Shown: positions 35,827 to 47,973 of the stretch, one piece after another | Position numbering within the stretch: position 1 is the stretch's first letter | Layout of the letters: each line of letters begins with the position of its first letter | Source of the DNA: Amoebidium appalachense | Taxonomy: Eukaryota; Protista; Ichthyosporea | Assembly: GCA_963693365.1 (NCBI GenBank) | Contig: CAVNZM010000012.1 | Coordinates: forward strand, 4,454,409 to 4,518,408 | Reading direction: 5' to 3' | Length of the DNA: 64,000 bases | Made by a program: the position numbers and the translations under genes | The notes under the pieces: generated by a model | Database searches by the model: none | What the model was told of the DNA's origin: nothing | Seen by the model: only the letters and a program-made list of their open reading frames with translations

Positions 35827-37453
35827 ATGGGGCTGCTGTACCTGGAGTACCTGAGCGCACAGCGCGTCTACACTTGCTCCGAGTGCAAGTGCCACCTGGC
35901 AAACCCTGACGACATCATCTCAAAGGTGTCCTCTCTTTCTTTCCGATGATCTCGTTCTAGAATTTTTACACTTCTTTAGAATTTCCCTTTGAGCCTCTCT
36001 TTTTGGTTTTACTCTTGCTTTGTGTTTTTCGGGCTTCGAGCTTTCATCCCTGTTCTTCCTTTTATTTTTGGTAACGGCTTGTGAATCACTAAATTGCATA
36101 GCGTCTTTGAACTGTTCTTAGTTGTTGTTTGTCACACTGACATGAACCATGTTGGGTGTTACTTCATCTACACGAATTCCGTTTCCACTGACAGTAATAC
36201 TTATTCTTGCAGCAATTCCACGGTGCCTATGGCCGTGCCTACCTCTTCAACCAAGTGTAAGTCTACCTTTCCACCACGTCTTGTCCTGCCCACACAACGC
36301 TATTCTTCCGATGTCACCCTTACCATTTCATACATGAGACTTGAATGTTCTGTGCCTTGGTGTGTGTATGCTTGTGTCTGTGGGTGTAGCTGGGTTGCTT
36401 GGCATTGTAATCAACATCGTGGCTTATTTGTTGTTGCCCAGGGTCAACGTGGTGGAGGGGCCTCCCGAGGATCGTGTCATGGTGAGTATTCCACATACCT
36501 CAAACCTCTTCTGTACTTTGCGCTGGAGCGTTGTTGAAGTAGATGAACAGGAAAAAAAGTTTACCAGTGACAGGCAATTGGAAGAATACCTTTTCTGCTT
36601 TTCATACACGGCTGGGCTTTGTTGCTTGCGGTTGGTTTGTCTCTCTCGGAGGGGTTTTCCTTTTGTTTTTTCCTTTTTTTTTTTTTTTTTTTTTTTTTGC
36701 CCTGACACGTGTCCACTGCAGACTACCGGCCTTCACACTGTGATGGATGTCCTGTGTAAGCGCTGCACCACTGTTTTGGGCTGGCGCTATGTATGCTACC
36801 CCCTCCCCCAAAAAAGAAAAGAAGGAAGAAAAGGAAAAAGAAAAAGGAGAAAGAAGAAAGAAAGCAAGGGAAAGAAAGAAAAGGAAAGGGAAATGGAAAA
36901 AATGGAAGGGTCAACGAAGGAAAAAAGGAAATAATGGAGATAAACAAAGGATTGGCGAAAGGTATTAAGGGAAAGGGAAATGAAAGGAAAGGAACGGAAG
37001 AAAGAGATGATGGAAAGATGACAAAAGATATAAAGAAGAAAGGGAGAAGAATGGAACGGAGATGCGAAGAAGAGTTACACTTTCTTTTCTCTTTTGGTAG
37101 GTGTGCTTCGTTTTGCTGCCAGTTTGTCATGGATCATATAAAAAGTGTGGGCTGTGTGTTACACTGTACAGGCAAATGTTTTCAAATCGCAACGATTTTT
37201 TTCCTTCCACCTTGTTAGGGTTCTGGTGTCTGTCTAGTGAATTTTACATGATTTTTTCCAGTGTTGTAACGTGCCACGCTCCTGTAGCCTGGGTGAATCT
37301 GTCGGTAGTTCAAACTTTTTCTGTGAATTTAATCTTCTCTTATATTTTCCGCAAATGCAGCAAAAGGCATACGAGGCCAGCCAGAAGTACAAGGAGGGCA
37401 AGTTCATCCTGGAGAAGGCCCTGATCCAGGAGGTGGCCTGCAACTCAGACTGA
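35827..37453 (+). CDS. YPEL: Yippee-like zinc-binding protein (YPEL/Moh1 family), 114 aa
   Basis: Exons 35827-35925, 36213-36256, 36442-36481, 36722-36790, 37361-37453 give [114 protein letters not shown]. It has two CxxC motifs plus the GRAYLF, TGLHTV and QKYKEGK signatures. Confidence 0.95.
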
Positions 37454-38982
37454 CGGCAAGAAAACCGGAAAACCGAAAGCAAATTCCCGTGTTTTTTGAG
37501 GTTTGCATTCCGTGAATTGGCGGTGTGTCAGCGCAAGAGGTCGACGTGTGATTTTCTCTCGTTTTATTGGTCGTAGGTAGCAGTTGTTTTTCAGTGTTTG
37601 CAAGCTGGTCCGGTTTGTCAGAAGACTATGAAGAGAAATTGAATGTGCACGTTGTTTTAGAATTTCTCGGTAGGCAGGTGTGCTTTTGGATCGCTGTTTT
37701 TTTTTGTGTTTGTTTTTTCCCCCACTCTCGACCGTTTTGTTGAAGTGTGGGCAGACGAACCGTGTGCGTGGATTGCTCGTGTATTTGAGATGGCAAATGA
37801 GAGCTGCTGTGATGGTGAGATATATTAGGTGGGAGATAGTTTGGATAGGTTGGATGTTTTCTTTCCTGTATGGATGATGGAGTGCGGATTTTGGGGCAGG
37901 TCAGTGGATAGTTTGTGTGGTGTAGGGGAACACCGATTGGTGATACTGAGAAGGGCATTTTCGCGCACGCAGCGGCTGTTTCTGCACTATTTTTCCCGGT
38001 TATTTCTCCTGTAGCATATATGAAGTTTTGGTATATCTCGTGTAGTATATAAGGTGACGCTTTTTGGCACGTTGGCACGAGTAGGGTAGGTAGTGGTTAT
38101 CATTTCCCCCCCTTCGGATATCCCCGAAATTCCCTTTAGTTATCTATAGCCACCCGTGTAACATGGTCAGAACAAGTCACTCAAAAAGGTTTTACAGTCC
38201 AGCCAATGATTATCATTTGTTGACGTGCTATTTTTGCTTTGGGAGTGTTGAAATTTGTTATCTGACTTATTTTTTCTCCCACGGTAGATGTAGATATGCT
38301 TGAGTTATGAGGTGGTTGAGGGGATGTGATATGGGCATCATGGATATTCTGAGATATTCCGCCCCGTATGTATATTCCCTCGTGAATAAAGCAGTTGGTA
38401 CGAGATATTTCGATATATCTGTGCAAACCCATGCATGTGAGAGTCCCGAGTACTGAGGCCACCTATGTATATCTCAGGCTGTTTCGAGTAAAAATTACGG
38501 TCCAAGGAAACTGCAAAACACTCTTTAAATTTTGCAAAGGGAGCCCCTACGCGTGGTTGTGCGTGCATGCATATGCATGTAGTATCCGACCCTTTCTAGG
38601 CTTCTCTCTGTGCTTTTCAAAAATACTTCTTTGCATGTATCGTCTTCTTGTGAACATGGATAATTGATTTGGTGTTCAGAATTATTATACATGTTGTTGA
38701 GTGACGTATGTGCTTTGCATGTGTGGGCTCAGATGATATGGGTGACTACTGACACATAGGCAACGCAACTGCACTATGATAGTAGCCTCTATACTAGTAA
38801 TGCAAACTCTCTCACTATACAAACATGGATTTAAAATGTCGGTCGGACCACCGGGAAATTTCAAACACGAAGCCTGAGAATGCCATGCGATAGTGTTGCA
38901 AGCACGCCGTTGCACACGAGGGACCCTTCACAGAGATTCTTATTAGCCCCCCTGCCCCCCCCCCCCCCCCCCCTCCCCCCCC

Positions 38983-39013
<31 letters not shown>

Positions 39014-39374
39014 GCGCGCGCGCGTACGTACACATGATGATACATACACACCACACACTGTGTATATACACACACACACACACACACCTGTACACACCCC
39101 ATGACCCCCCCCCCCCCCACACACACACACACACACACACGCACACACACCATCACCGCCACCGCCCCGCCCACATTCACGGCCGTGTTCAGCTGCCGAA
39201 GTTCGACCATTCAAGGACTCACAAACATTTTGGTGTGGTGCCCAATATATATTCCCCATCTAGAAGGAGCTACTCCGGTGCTTGTCACACTCTGAGTCAG
39301 TGGTGTGTGCATGCAGCCTGCAGATGCCAGAAGGGGTCACCCGAAGGTTGCATATACATGCGGCATATTCAAGC

Positions 39375-39462
39375 CATGTGTTTGCATGTATTTGCATATA
39401 TTTACGTCATGTATTTGCATGTATTTGCATATATTTACGTCATGTATTTGCATATATTTGCA
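39375..39462. repeat. Short tandem repeat (CATGTATTTG-based, ~33-bp period, about 3 copies)
   Basis: CATGTATTTGCATGTATTTGCATATATTTACGT repeated. Confidence 0.8.
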
Positions 39463-39598
39463 CCGTGATATCAACCATGTCATGGATATGCACCTGTTCA
39501 AAATCACTGGCCAGGTATTGCTTATATTTGGGACCGGGTAGGTGGGTATGTGGGACCCCGGAGAGCCCAACCACATCGGACGGTCAACTTGCTCCGAG

Positions 39599-40026
39599 CA
39601 GAGTTATTTTGCTAAAAGCAGAATAATTCTGCTGAAAAGCAGAATAATTCTGCTGAAAAGCAGAATTATTCTGCATGCCGATCAATCCGCTAAAACGGCT
39701 AACAGCAGAATGATTCTGCTTTCCACAGCAGAATAATTTTGCTTTTCATGGAAATTAAAAATCTACTAAAAGCAGACCCTGAGTGATTCTGCTTTTGCAG
39801 AATAATTATGCTTCTTGCAGAATAATTCTGCTGAAAAGCAGAATTATTCTGCATGCCGATCAATCCGCTAAAACGGCTAACAGCAGAATGATTCTGCTTT
39901 CCACAGCAGAATAATTTTGCTTTTCATGGAAATTAAAATCTACTAAAAGCAGACCCTGAGTGATTCTGCTTTTGCAGAACAATTCCGCTTTTGCGGAATA
40001 ATTCTGTTTTTTGAAAGTTCACTCTG
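39599..40026. mobile_element. Fold-back-like element built from palindromic GCAGAATWATTCTGC units
   Basis: More than 10 copies of the 15-bp palindrome, an internal ~180-bp direct duplication (~39640-39815 vs ~39818-39995), and inverted ends CAGAGT...ACTCTG. Confidence 0.65.
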
Positions 40027-40243
40027 TGGTTATGACCTCCCCGGCCGGGTGGGTACACAGCAAGGGGAGAGGGGTGCATGGGGGCACGTGGGAGCCAATC
40101 GAGAGGAGGACAAGTGTAAAATTACATCGGTGAAATTTCGAAAATCGAGGGTAATGCCACAGGATCCTCGAGGCAGGTGCTCATGGGGGCAACTGGTCTT
40201 ATCTGACTTCAACTCATTCACAGATCTAGATCGACTGATCATC

Positions 40244-40315
<72 letters not shown>

Positions 40316-40406
40316 CGCCTACAAAAAAAAAAACAAAAAAAAAACATACACGTGCACACACACACACAAATACACACAGACACATTCCTCCCACACACAC
40401 ACTCAC

Positions 40407-40466
<60 letters not shown>

Positions 40467-40467
40467 C

Positions 40468-40505
<38 letters not shown>

Positions 40506-40939
40506 ACCCCCTTTCCCCCCCCCTCGATCACACACACACCTTCCTCCCTTATTTCATGAGACACGACCTGCAGGAAGTTGATAAATTATTCGAACAAGGC
40601 ACAAGTTCTGCTGCATGGGTAACATTAGGTACCATGGGGCATGGTCCAGTCACCGATATATCAGGCTGTACTACATATACGCAGCAAAAACCAAGGCATG
40701 TACTATCGTAGTAGTGGAACTTTCTTTATTATTTATCGATTACGTTTCGTCGCCTCCCTGTATCCAGACTTCTGTCTTCATGATTCAGCATCTCGTGACA
40801 AATAAATGTCCTATATCACCTTACCGTAAAGAGTCGGGTTCACATCCTGATGTATGTAACATCGACAAACAAAAACAAAATGACATTGCAGCTCTGTTAT
40901 TCCATTCTCACCAATTTTCATTTCCAACCAATATCTCAG

Positions 40940-40977
<38 letters not shown>

Positions 40978-41030
40978 ACTGGGACTCCCCCCCCCCCCCC
41001 CCCCCCCCCTCCCTCCCCTCCCCTCATTCC

Positions 41031-41065
<35 letters not shown>

Positions 41066-41377
41066 CCCACCCGCCCATCCACCCCACCCATTCTGCCTTT
41101 AACCGGGAAACCTGAACTTGCAGTCTAACTTAACCGTCCTTCTTGCAGCAATGACAATACAATGAATGCAAAAGATAAAATTTGGTGTTAAACTACATCA
41201 TGCAAACAGTATTTTCATCATACTAACACACATCAATAGTAAAGATACTATTATAACAGCCCGACCCGGGCCATATAATATCATATCATATCAAACAGTC
41301 GACATATTCATATCATCTCGAGAACTATAAAAGTAAAATCAAAAAAAAAAAAAAAAACCTCGTACACATACTGTCCC

Positions 41378-42456
41378 TCACACCTTAGTCGTCCTCTTTC
41401 CCCGATTAGCCGACCCATTAGCCAATAGGGAAGCCCGATCGTCGTGATCTCTGTTCTCACCCTTATCGGCCCCAGGCCCCCCCATTGATGCACCGGATCC
41501 CTTTCTCTGAAGGTCCCTCTCCCTCTCCAATCGGTCTCGGGTCGAGCTACTGGGCCGTGACGAAACGGTTCGGATACCCAATTCAGGATTAGTGCTTGCA
41601 CTATCGGTTCGTGATCGGCGAGTGGAATCGCGAGACGAACCCGAATTTCTTGCCGTCGAATCGCGCGATGTCGCGCTACTGTGTTCGGTCATTCGCGGTG
41701 AGCGAAGGGCGGCAGATACCATAGAAGCTGGATCTTTGCGATCTCCCGTAATCGTACCGGGAGAGGTCCGTGAAATGCTCTGATTGGGGATGTCTTGGGG
41801 GGGTGACGGGGTGCGTGCCGACGACTTTCTCTGTCCGGTAGACACCTTTTCCGATTTCGCGCCCTGGCTAATCTCACCAGAAACACTGCGAGTGGATGCT
41901 GAGGGAGATCCCGCTGATCTTTGGCTCATTTCGATTTGCACATTTTCGTTAATGTTCTTCTTGGTCCCTGGCCCAGCGTGTGCCTCCTTCCCGATCGAAA
42001 ATTCGAAATCGCCGTCCGTCTGCTGCATCGACATCTGCGATTCCGGGCCGTCGCGCGAATCCGATCTTATGCTTACAGGTGATTGGGTGGGGTGGAAATT
42101 GGGATTAGTGACCCCCATTAATCCATCGTAAGTTTGACCCATCAAAGGTCCCCCATGGGCAACCGCACCTAGAGACATAGTCGAATCGGCAATGTTAACG
42201 CCATTTTGCGTCATTTTTTGCGATCTCCCGGCCTCCAGATCGCGCTTTTTCGATCGATAAAGGTAGTAGATTACCATTAGAGCCATACCGGCACCCATAA
42301 TTAGAAGGATCAATGCACCGGCAGCTCCAATCAGAACGATGATTAATGTCTGGTCGTCGGACGAAGAGGCCCCGGCCTGTTACAGTGTGTGAGTGAGTGA
42401 GTGAGTGAGTGAGTGAGTGAGTGAGTGAGTGAGTGAGTGAGTGAGTGAGTGAGTGA

Positions 42457-42504
<48 letters not shown>

Positions 42505-43246
42505 ATGTGTGCATGCACGCGAAAAGCAGCCAGTTATTAGCACAGTGAAACTTTTCTTCCATTACCCTTCACAGGCATCTTTCCCACCCCCCTCCCCCCC
42601 CCCACCCTCCCCTTTCTCCCTCCCTCACACCCTCTCCTATTATTTCTCTAATAAATGTTTTTTGTGCTTTGGTAGGTTTGTGTGTGTGGTAGCTGTGTGT
42701 CGTAATTTGCTTTGAATGGGTGTGTGTGTGTATGTGTGTGTTGGGGGGGGGGAGGGGGGAGGGGGAGGGAGAGGGGGGGGGGGGAGGAGGGGGGGAGGGA
42801 GGAATGGGGGGCTGGTGGGAGGAGGAGGAGGCGGGGGGAGGGGGGGGGGGGGGGAGGGGGGGGGGGGGTTGGGATGGGGCTATACCTGGGCAGGGGAGAG
42901 GACTGGGTTGCTACATGTGCCACGATACTTTGCCGTTAACTGTTGGGGAAAAATGCCGGTCAGTACCCCGGGGGAGGGGGGGGGGAGGGGGAGGGGGGAG
43001 GAGGAGGGGGAAGTGGGGGGGGGGGGGGGGGGACAGCCTACTACAGTACGTGCCAGGTGTGAGCAGACTGAATATGACGACGCACCAGTACGGTGCACTA
43101 TGAACCAATCAAGCTCTGTAAACATTTACGCAAAATCCTAGATCCCTTTGCCAACTTACGTAAGGGTCTTCTTTCTCTTTCAGTACTGCACGGTTTCAGC
43201 TGCAGCTGCTGCAGCTTTTGAGGGGGGGGGGATAGACAAGTGGGAT

Positions 43247-43284
<38 letters not shown>

Positions 43285-43805
43285 CCCCCCTTTTTTCCCC
43301 CCTTGTATTGTTGTATGAGGCTGCTTGTTATATCGATGGTGTAATGTGCTTTGTGTGTCACGAGTGCGTGGGTGCATGTGCGTGTGCAGTGTGCACATAT
43401 GTGTGTGTGCCCGTATGCGCACGCAACGTGAGTTGGGTTTTTCATGGTCCATCCCGTGTGTGTGTCTGTGTGTGCTGTGTTTGTAACTGTATAAATGTAT
43501 GTGTGCACCTGTATTGCCGAGCAAATGTTCGAAAGTGTGCGTGCATCTAGTACAAAGGTACCCGTGCGTGTAGCCTGCCAGTGCAAAAGTTTATCATGTG
43601 CGCATGAGTGCTCTTGCATGTGTCTGTGAATGTGGCTGTGTATTAGAGTGTCCGTGTGTGCGTGTCTGCATGCATGCATTATGTTGTCAGCGATTGTGTG
43701 GCTGTGTGCATACACTATAGTATCCGTGGGTGTTTGCCTGTGTGGATGTGGATGTGTATTGTCCCCCCCCCCCCCCCCCCCCCCCGGCGCATGTGTGTGC
43801 GTTAC

Positions 43806-43873
<68 letters not shown>

Positions 43874-44077
43874 TATTTGTGTGTGTGCATGTATGCACAC
43901 ATATTCCCACATGCACCTACCGGTACGTTTGACATGCAGCTTGCCAGCTTGAACTCGCACGGATTTGGGTACGTCACGTTGTCTGACCCACAAATCTGCA
44001 CAGATGTGTATTTGAGAATAGAGTCCTTGGACCACCATACACACACACCCACACACACACACCCACCCACCCACACC

Positions 44078-44127
<50 letters not shown>

Positions 44128-44598
44128 AACACTCGCAAGACCGAACCGAGAAATGGCTAGGAAATAACCCCCCCACACACACACGCACATACACCAAAAA
44201 AAAAAAAAAAAAAAAAAAAGCCCATTTTAGGCACTTCCATTTGAGCTTCTGATGCAATCTATAATCCAGGGATTCCACGCTGGTCACATGAAAAAAGGGT
44301 AGGTAAGGGCAGATGAGAGTAGATAAGGAAACATATAACAGTAGACAAGTGTAGAAAACTTGCATTTTGTGGGCTGCGGCCTTCGTGATCAAAAGAGCAG
44401 CAAGGGGAGATATGTAGGCACAAATAGATTGAGTTGGGGATTGGCCAATCAGAAAAGGGAAAAACAGAGATTGACCAATCATAAAAAGGAAAATAGAGAT
44501 TGGCCAATCAAATACGAGGACTTACGGGATTTGCAGGCTCTCCCGGGGCACATTCTCCGCAGATCTCCTTCAGAGGTACACAAACGGGGCAGCATGGA

Positions 44599-44676
<78 letters not shown>

Positions 44677-44816
44677 GTGTGTGTGTATGGCCGCGCGTGC
44701 ACGCGCGTGTATACGTGTGCACGGGATATGTTTTCCTATGTCGAGATCAGGACATTTTCATGCAGTGTTAGAATCACTGGTGCCTTATCCATAACCAAGT
44801 AGCCAACAGGCCCACC

Positions 44817-44849
<33 letters not shown>

Positions 44850-45133
44850 TCCCACCCGTTCTAACCTCAAAAACAAACCTACCTCCAACATAGATATGCA
44901 CTGAATGATCCTACAAATCCATCCCATAAAACTCTCGTTATTTCCAAAAACAGAAGAGCACCCAGAAACAGTATACTGAAAGAATGTACCCCATTCTGAG
45001 TCCAGGCTCTGCCCCATCCATTTACAATATCCGAGTGTCAACCAATTCACCTGATCAATAAAACCAAGCTCAGAAGCTGCTTCTCTTGAACATGTGTGGG
45101 TCATGGAGGGATGGTTGGAGGAGGAGGGGGAGG

Positions 45134-45208
<75 letters not shown>

Positions 45209-45450
45209 GGGGGAGGGGGGGGGGGGGGAGGGGGCGAGGGGGGGGAGGTGGGGTACACACTGATTTCTTTTTTGATAACGAATTTACTGTCTGGTCCACA
45301 TGCCGGGCCCTTGACTGTGCACACTGAAGTTGAGTAGCAAACTTTCTCACTCTTACCGGCTGCATGTGTGAATGGGGGTGAGTTGGTGTGTGGATGAACA
45401 TTTAGGTGAGCAAGGTAGTTGGTGAGCAGGTGTGAAGTGTGTGCGCGCAC

Positions 45451-45508
<58 letters not shown>

Positions 45509-46558
45509 GTGTGTGTGTGTGTGCCTGTGTCTGTGTGCGTGTATGTGTTTCTGTGTAGGGGGGAGAGAGCGTGTATGCGCGTGGAAATGTTTGTGCGCAC
45601 ACTCATATACACACACATGCAACTGCATGGATGTTGGCGAGTCACTGTTTGCATGTCAATGGTTCCCCATTCATCGGTTTTGTGTGCATGTGCGGGTTTT
45701 CGGTACTAGGTTTTCATGTGACTGTTTCAAGTACTGTGTGGATGTGACGGTTTCAAGTACTGTGCGCATGTGACAGTTTCAAGTACTGTATACATGTGAC
45801 GGGATTAGGCACTGTGCGGATGTGACGGTTCAAGATACTGTGTGCTTTTAACGACTTTAGCTACTGTGTACATGCGGCGATTGTAGGTGCTGCGTGCATG
45901 TGACGCTTACAGGCACTGTGTGCGTGTGAGCACTTTATGTACTGTGTGCATGTGACGACTTTAGGTACTGTGTGCATGCGACGGTTGTAGGCACTGCTTG
46001 CATGTGACAGTTACAGGTACTGTGTGCATGTGACGACTAAAGGTACTGTGTGCATGTGACAGCTACATGCAAACAGTGACTTACCAACGTCCATGCAGTT
46101 GCATTTCTGGCAGGTGCCCTCCTGCCAACTCTCCCCCGGCACGAAGTCGGTCCCGTTGTTGCTCTTGCAAACCTATTGAAGAAAAGAAAGTTAGACCTTT
46201 AGAACGATAAAATGGGATATGGAAATTTTCGGACGATTGGGGTTCAAACACTTGTATGCTAACTAGCATCCACCTATATGCCGTCTGTCCAAGCCAATGA
46301 CTTGAGTCCTACGAGGGTAATGAATCACACACTCTGTGTGCACATGCCACTATGTATACATGTGTGTGCTGTGTTTTGTGTTACGGTGCAATCGTTTCGC
46401 GTGCGGGTGCAGGGATGGGGGAAGGAAGAGGCGTTGAGGGGAGGGGCAGGGGAGAGGAGGGGGGAGGGGAGGGTGGGATGATGCTAACACACGAGTATGA
46501 GGGTGGTTGGGTTTCTACATTCGTGTGCGTGTGCATGACTGTGTGAGCGAGCCCATGG

Positions 46559-46620
<62 letters not shown>

Positions 46621-46791
46621 GCGCGTGCGTGTGTATCTGTGTCTGCGTGTGTGTGCATATGTGACTGTGTGCGGGCATGTGCGTGCGTGTGTGCGTGTGT
46701 GTATGGGTACGTGTGCACGCATGTGTGTGTGTGTTTGGGTTCCTTTACAGTTATGTGCTCAAGCTTGTCTGTTTGTGTTAGCATGGTCCAA

Positions 46792-46859
<68 letters not shown>

Positions 46860-46969
46860 CTTCACAGGTGTGTGTATGTGCGCGTGTGTGTGTACGCGCG
46901 CATGTGTGTATGTGTGTGTATGTGTGTGGTCGTCCAGGTAAACTTTGCATCTGGTGTAATAATGACTTT

Positions 46970-47000
<31 letters not shown>

Positions 47001-47405
47001 GGGGGGAGGACGGTGGGGAAAAGGGGTAAGAGAGGGGTTTGAAGTTAGGTGGTGGTGACGGGAAGGCAAGAATTCTGAAGAACGGAATACACAGAAGTCG
47101 ACCAACACATCAGCACGAGGGGAGAAAGGGGTGTGGGCGAGGGGGGGGGGGGGGGGGGGGGTTTGAATGCGGAACACAGTACGAAGTACGCATACACGAT
47201 GAGAAGCATGGTGCAGGACACATGCAAAGGCAAACATTCAAGTATGCAGCATCAGCCATGCGCACAGTATGCGTCATAAGCAGAGCCCATCCTCAGGGAG
47301 GGCCCAAGTCATCAATTGCGTCTGAGTTTCGACCCCTTAGCCCGCGTATATACGACGCTCCGGGGGAGGAGGGACAGGGCACACATACATGGTGTTCGTG
47401 ATTCG

Positions 47406-47466
<61 letters not shown>

Positions 47467-47973
47467 GTGTGTGTGTTTGTGTGTGTGTGTGTACAGTGTG
47501 TGCCACATGGGTTGAATTCGTGCCTTTGCCTGTTTGTGGGTTTGCGCGTGCGTCTTCTTGCCGGTGCATTTATTAAAGAGAGCAGCGGTGGACGCGTACG
47601 TGTTGTGCCACGAACTCTTGTGCGTGCATGCATGCTCGGTTTACTGTGACACCCAGAATCAATATAAATCCAGCTGCTCCTTCGCGGAGTGGAGCTCACA
47701 ATCACGTGTTAATTAATGTCTGCGTGCATATTTTTAGTGTGTACGTTTGTGAATATGACTCAAAGTGTATGCGTGTGCGCGAGCAACACTCTACCAGGTA
47801 TAGAAGTAACCATGGAGTCTGAAGGACACGTGTTAACTTTTTAATTGAGGGAAATGGAGGTTAAGTGGAGGGCGCAGACTAAATGGCTTGCTTTTTACCT
47901 GTGCCTGTGCCTGTGCCTGGGCGGAAACCGTTGCGGCGAGCCCCAGGCTCACAAAAATAGCTAACCAGTGCAT
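41378..47973 (-). CDS. Type-I membrane protein: signal peptide + VWC domain + Kazal-like domain + TM helix + long Ser/Arg-rich cytoplasmic tail
   Basis: Exons 47973-47899 ([25 protein letters not shown]), 46172-46085 ([29 protein letters not shown]), 45359-45261 ([33 protein letters not shown]), ~44599-44526 ([25 protein letters not shown]), 43995-43921 ([25 protein letters not shown]), uncertain small exons near 43575-43510 and 43185-43160, and a last exon 42376-41378 with hydrophobic [30 protein letters not shown] followed by RSKKR. Confidence 0.82.
45717..46062. repeat. 26-bp minisatellite, about 13 copies
   Basis: Consensus ATGTGACGGTTTYAGGTACTGTGTGC, in the intron after the first VWC exon. 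Confidence 0.9.
47161..47350 (-). mobile_element. Family A copy in intron 1 of the VWC-Kazal gene
   Basis: The plus strand reads polyG-GTTTGAATGCGGAACACAGTACGAAGTACGCATACACGATGAGAAGCATGGTGCAGGACACATGCAAAG...CAGAGCCCATCCTCAGGGAGGGCCCAAGTCATCAATTGCGTCTGAGTTTCGACC. Confidence 0.8.

Noticed and set aside
40049-41115. Possible extra gene between YPEL and the VWC-Kazal gene
   Set aside because: No recognisable protein motif or consistent exon chain; the ORFs depend on low-complexity tracts.
45717-46062. Regularly spaced repeats superficially like a CRISPR array (also 39599-40026 and 17360-17630)
   Set aside because: The units are contiguous degenerate tandem repeats without unique spacers, there are no cas genes, and the context is eukaryotic.
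47160-47230. Recurring peptide [22 protein letters not shown] / LECVKEYEAYIHNGQHNAECK in the ORF track
   Set aside because: It is the antisense translation of repeat family A, with no start, splice context or known domain; treated as non-coding.
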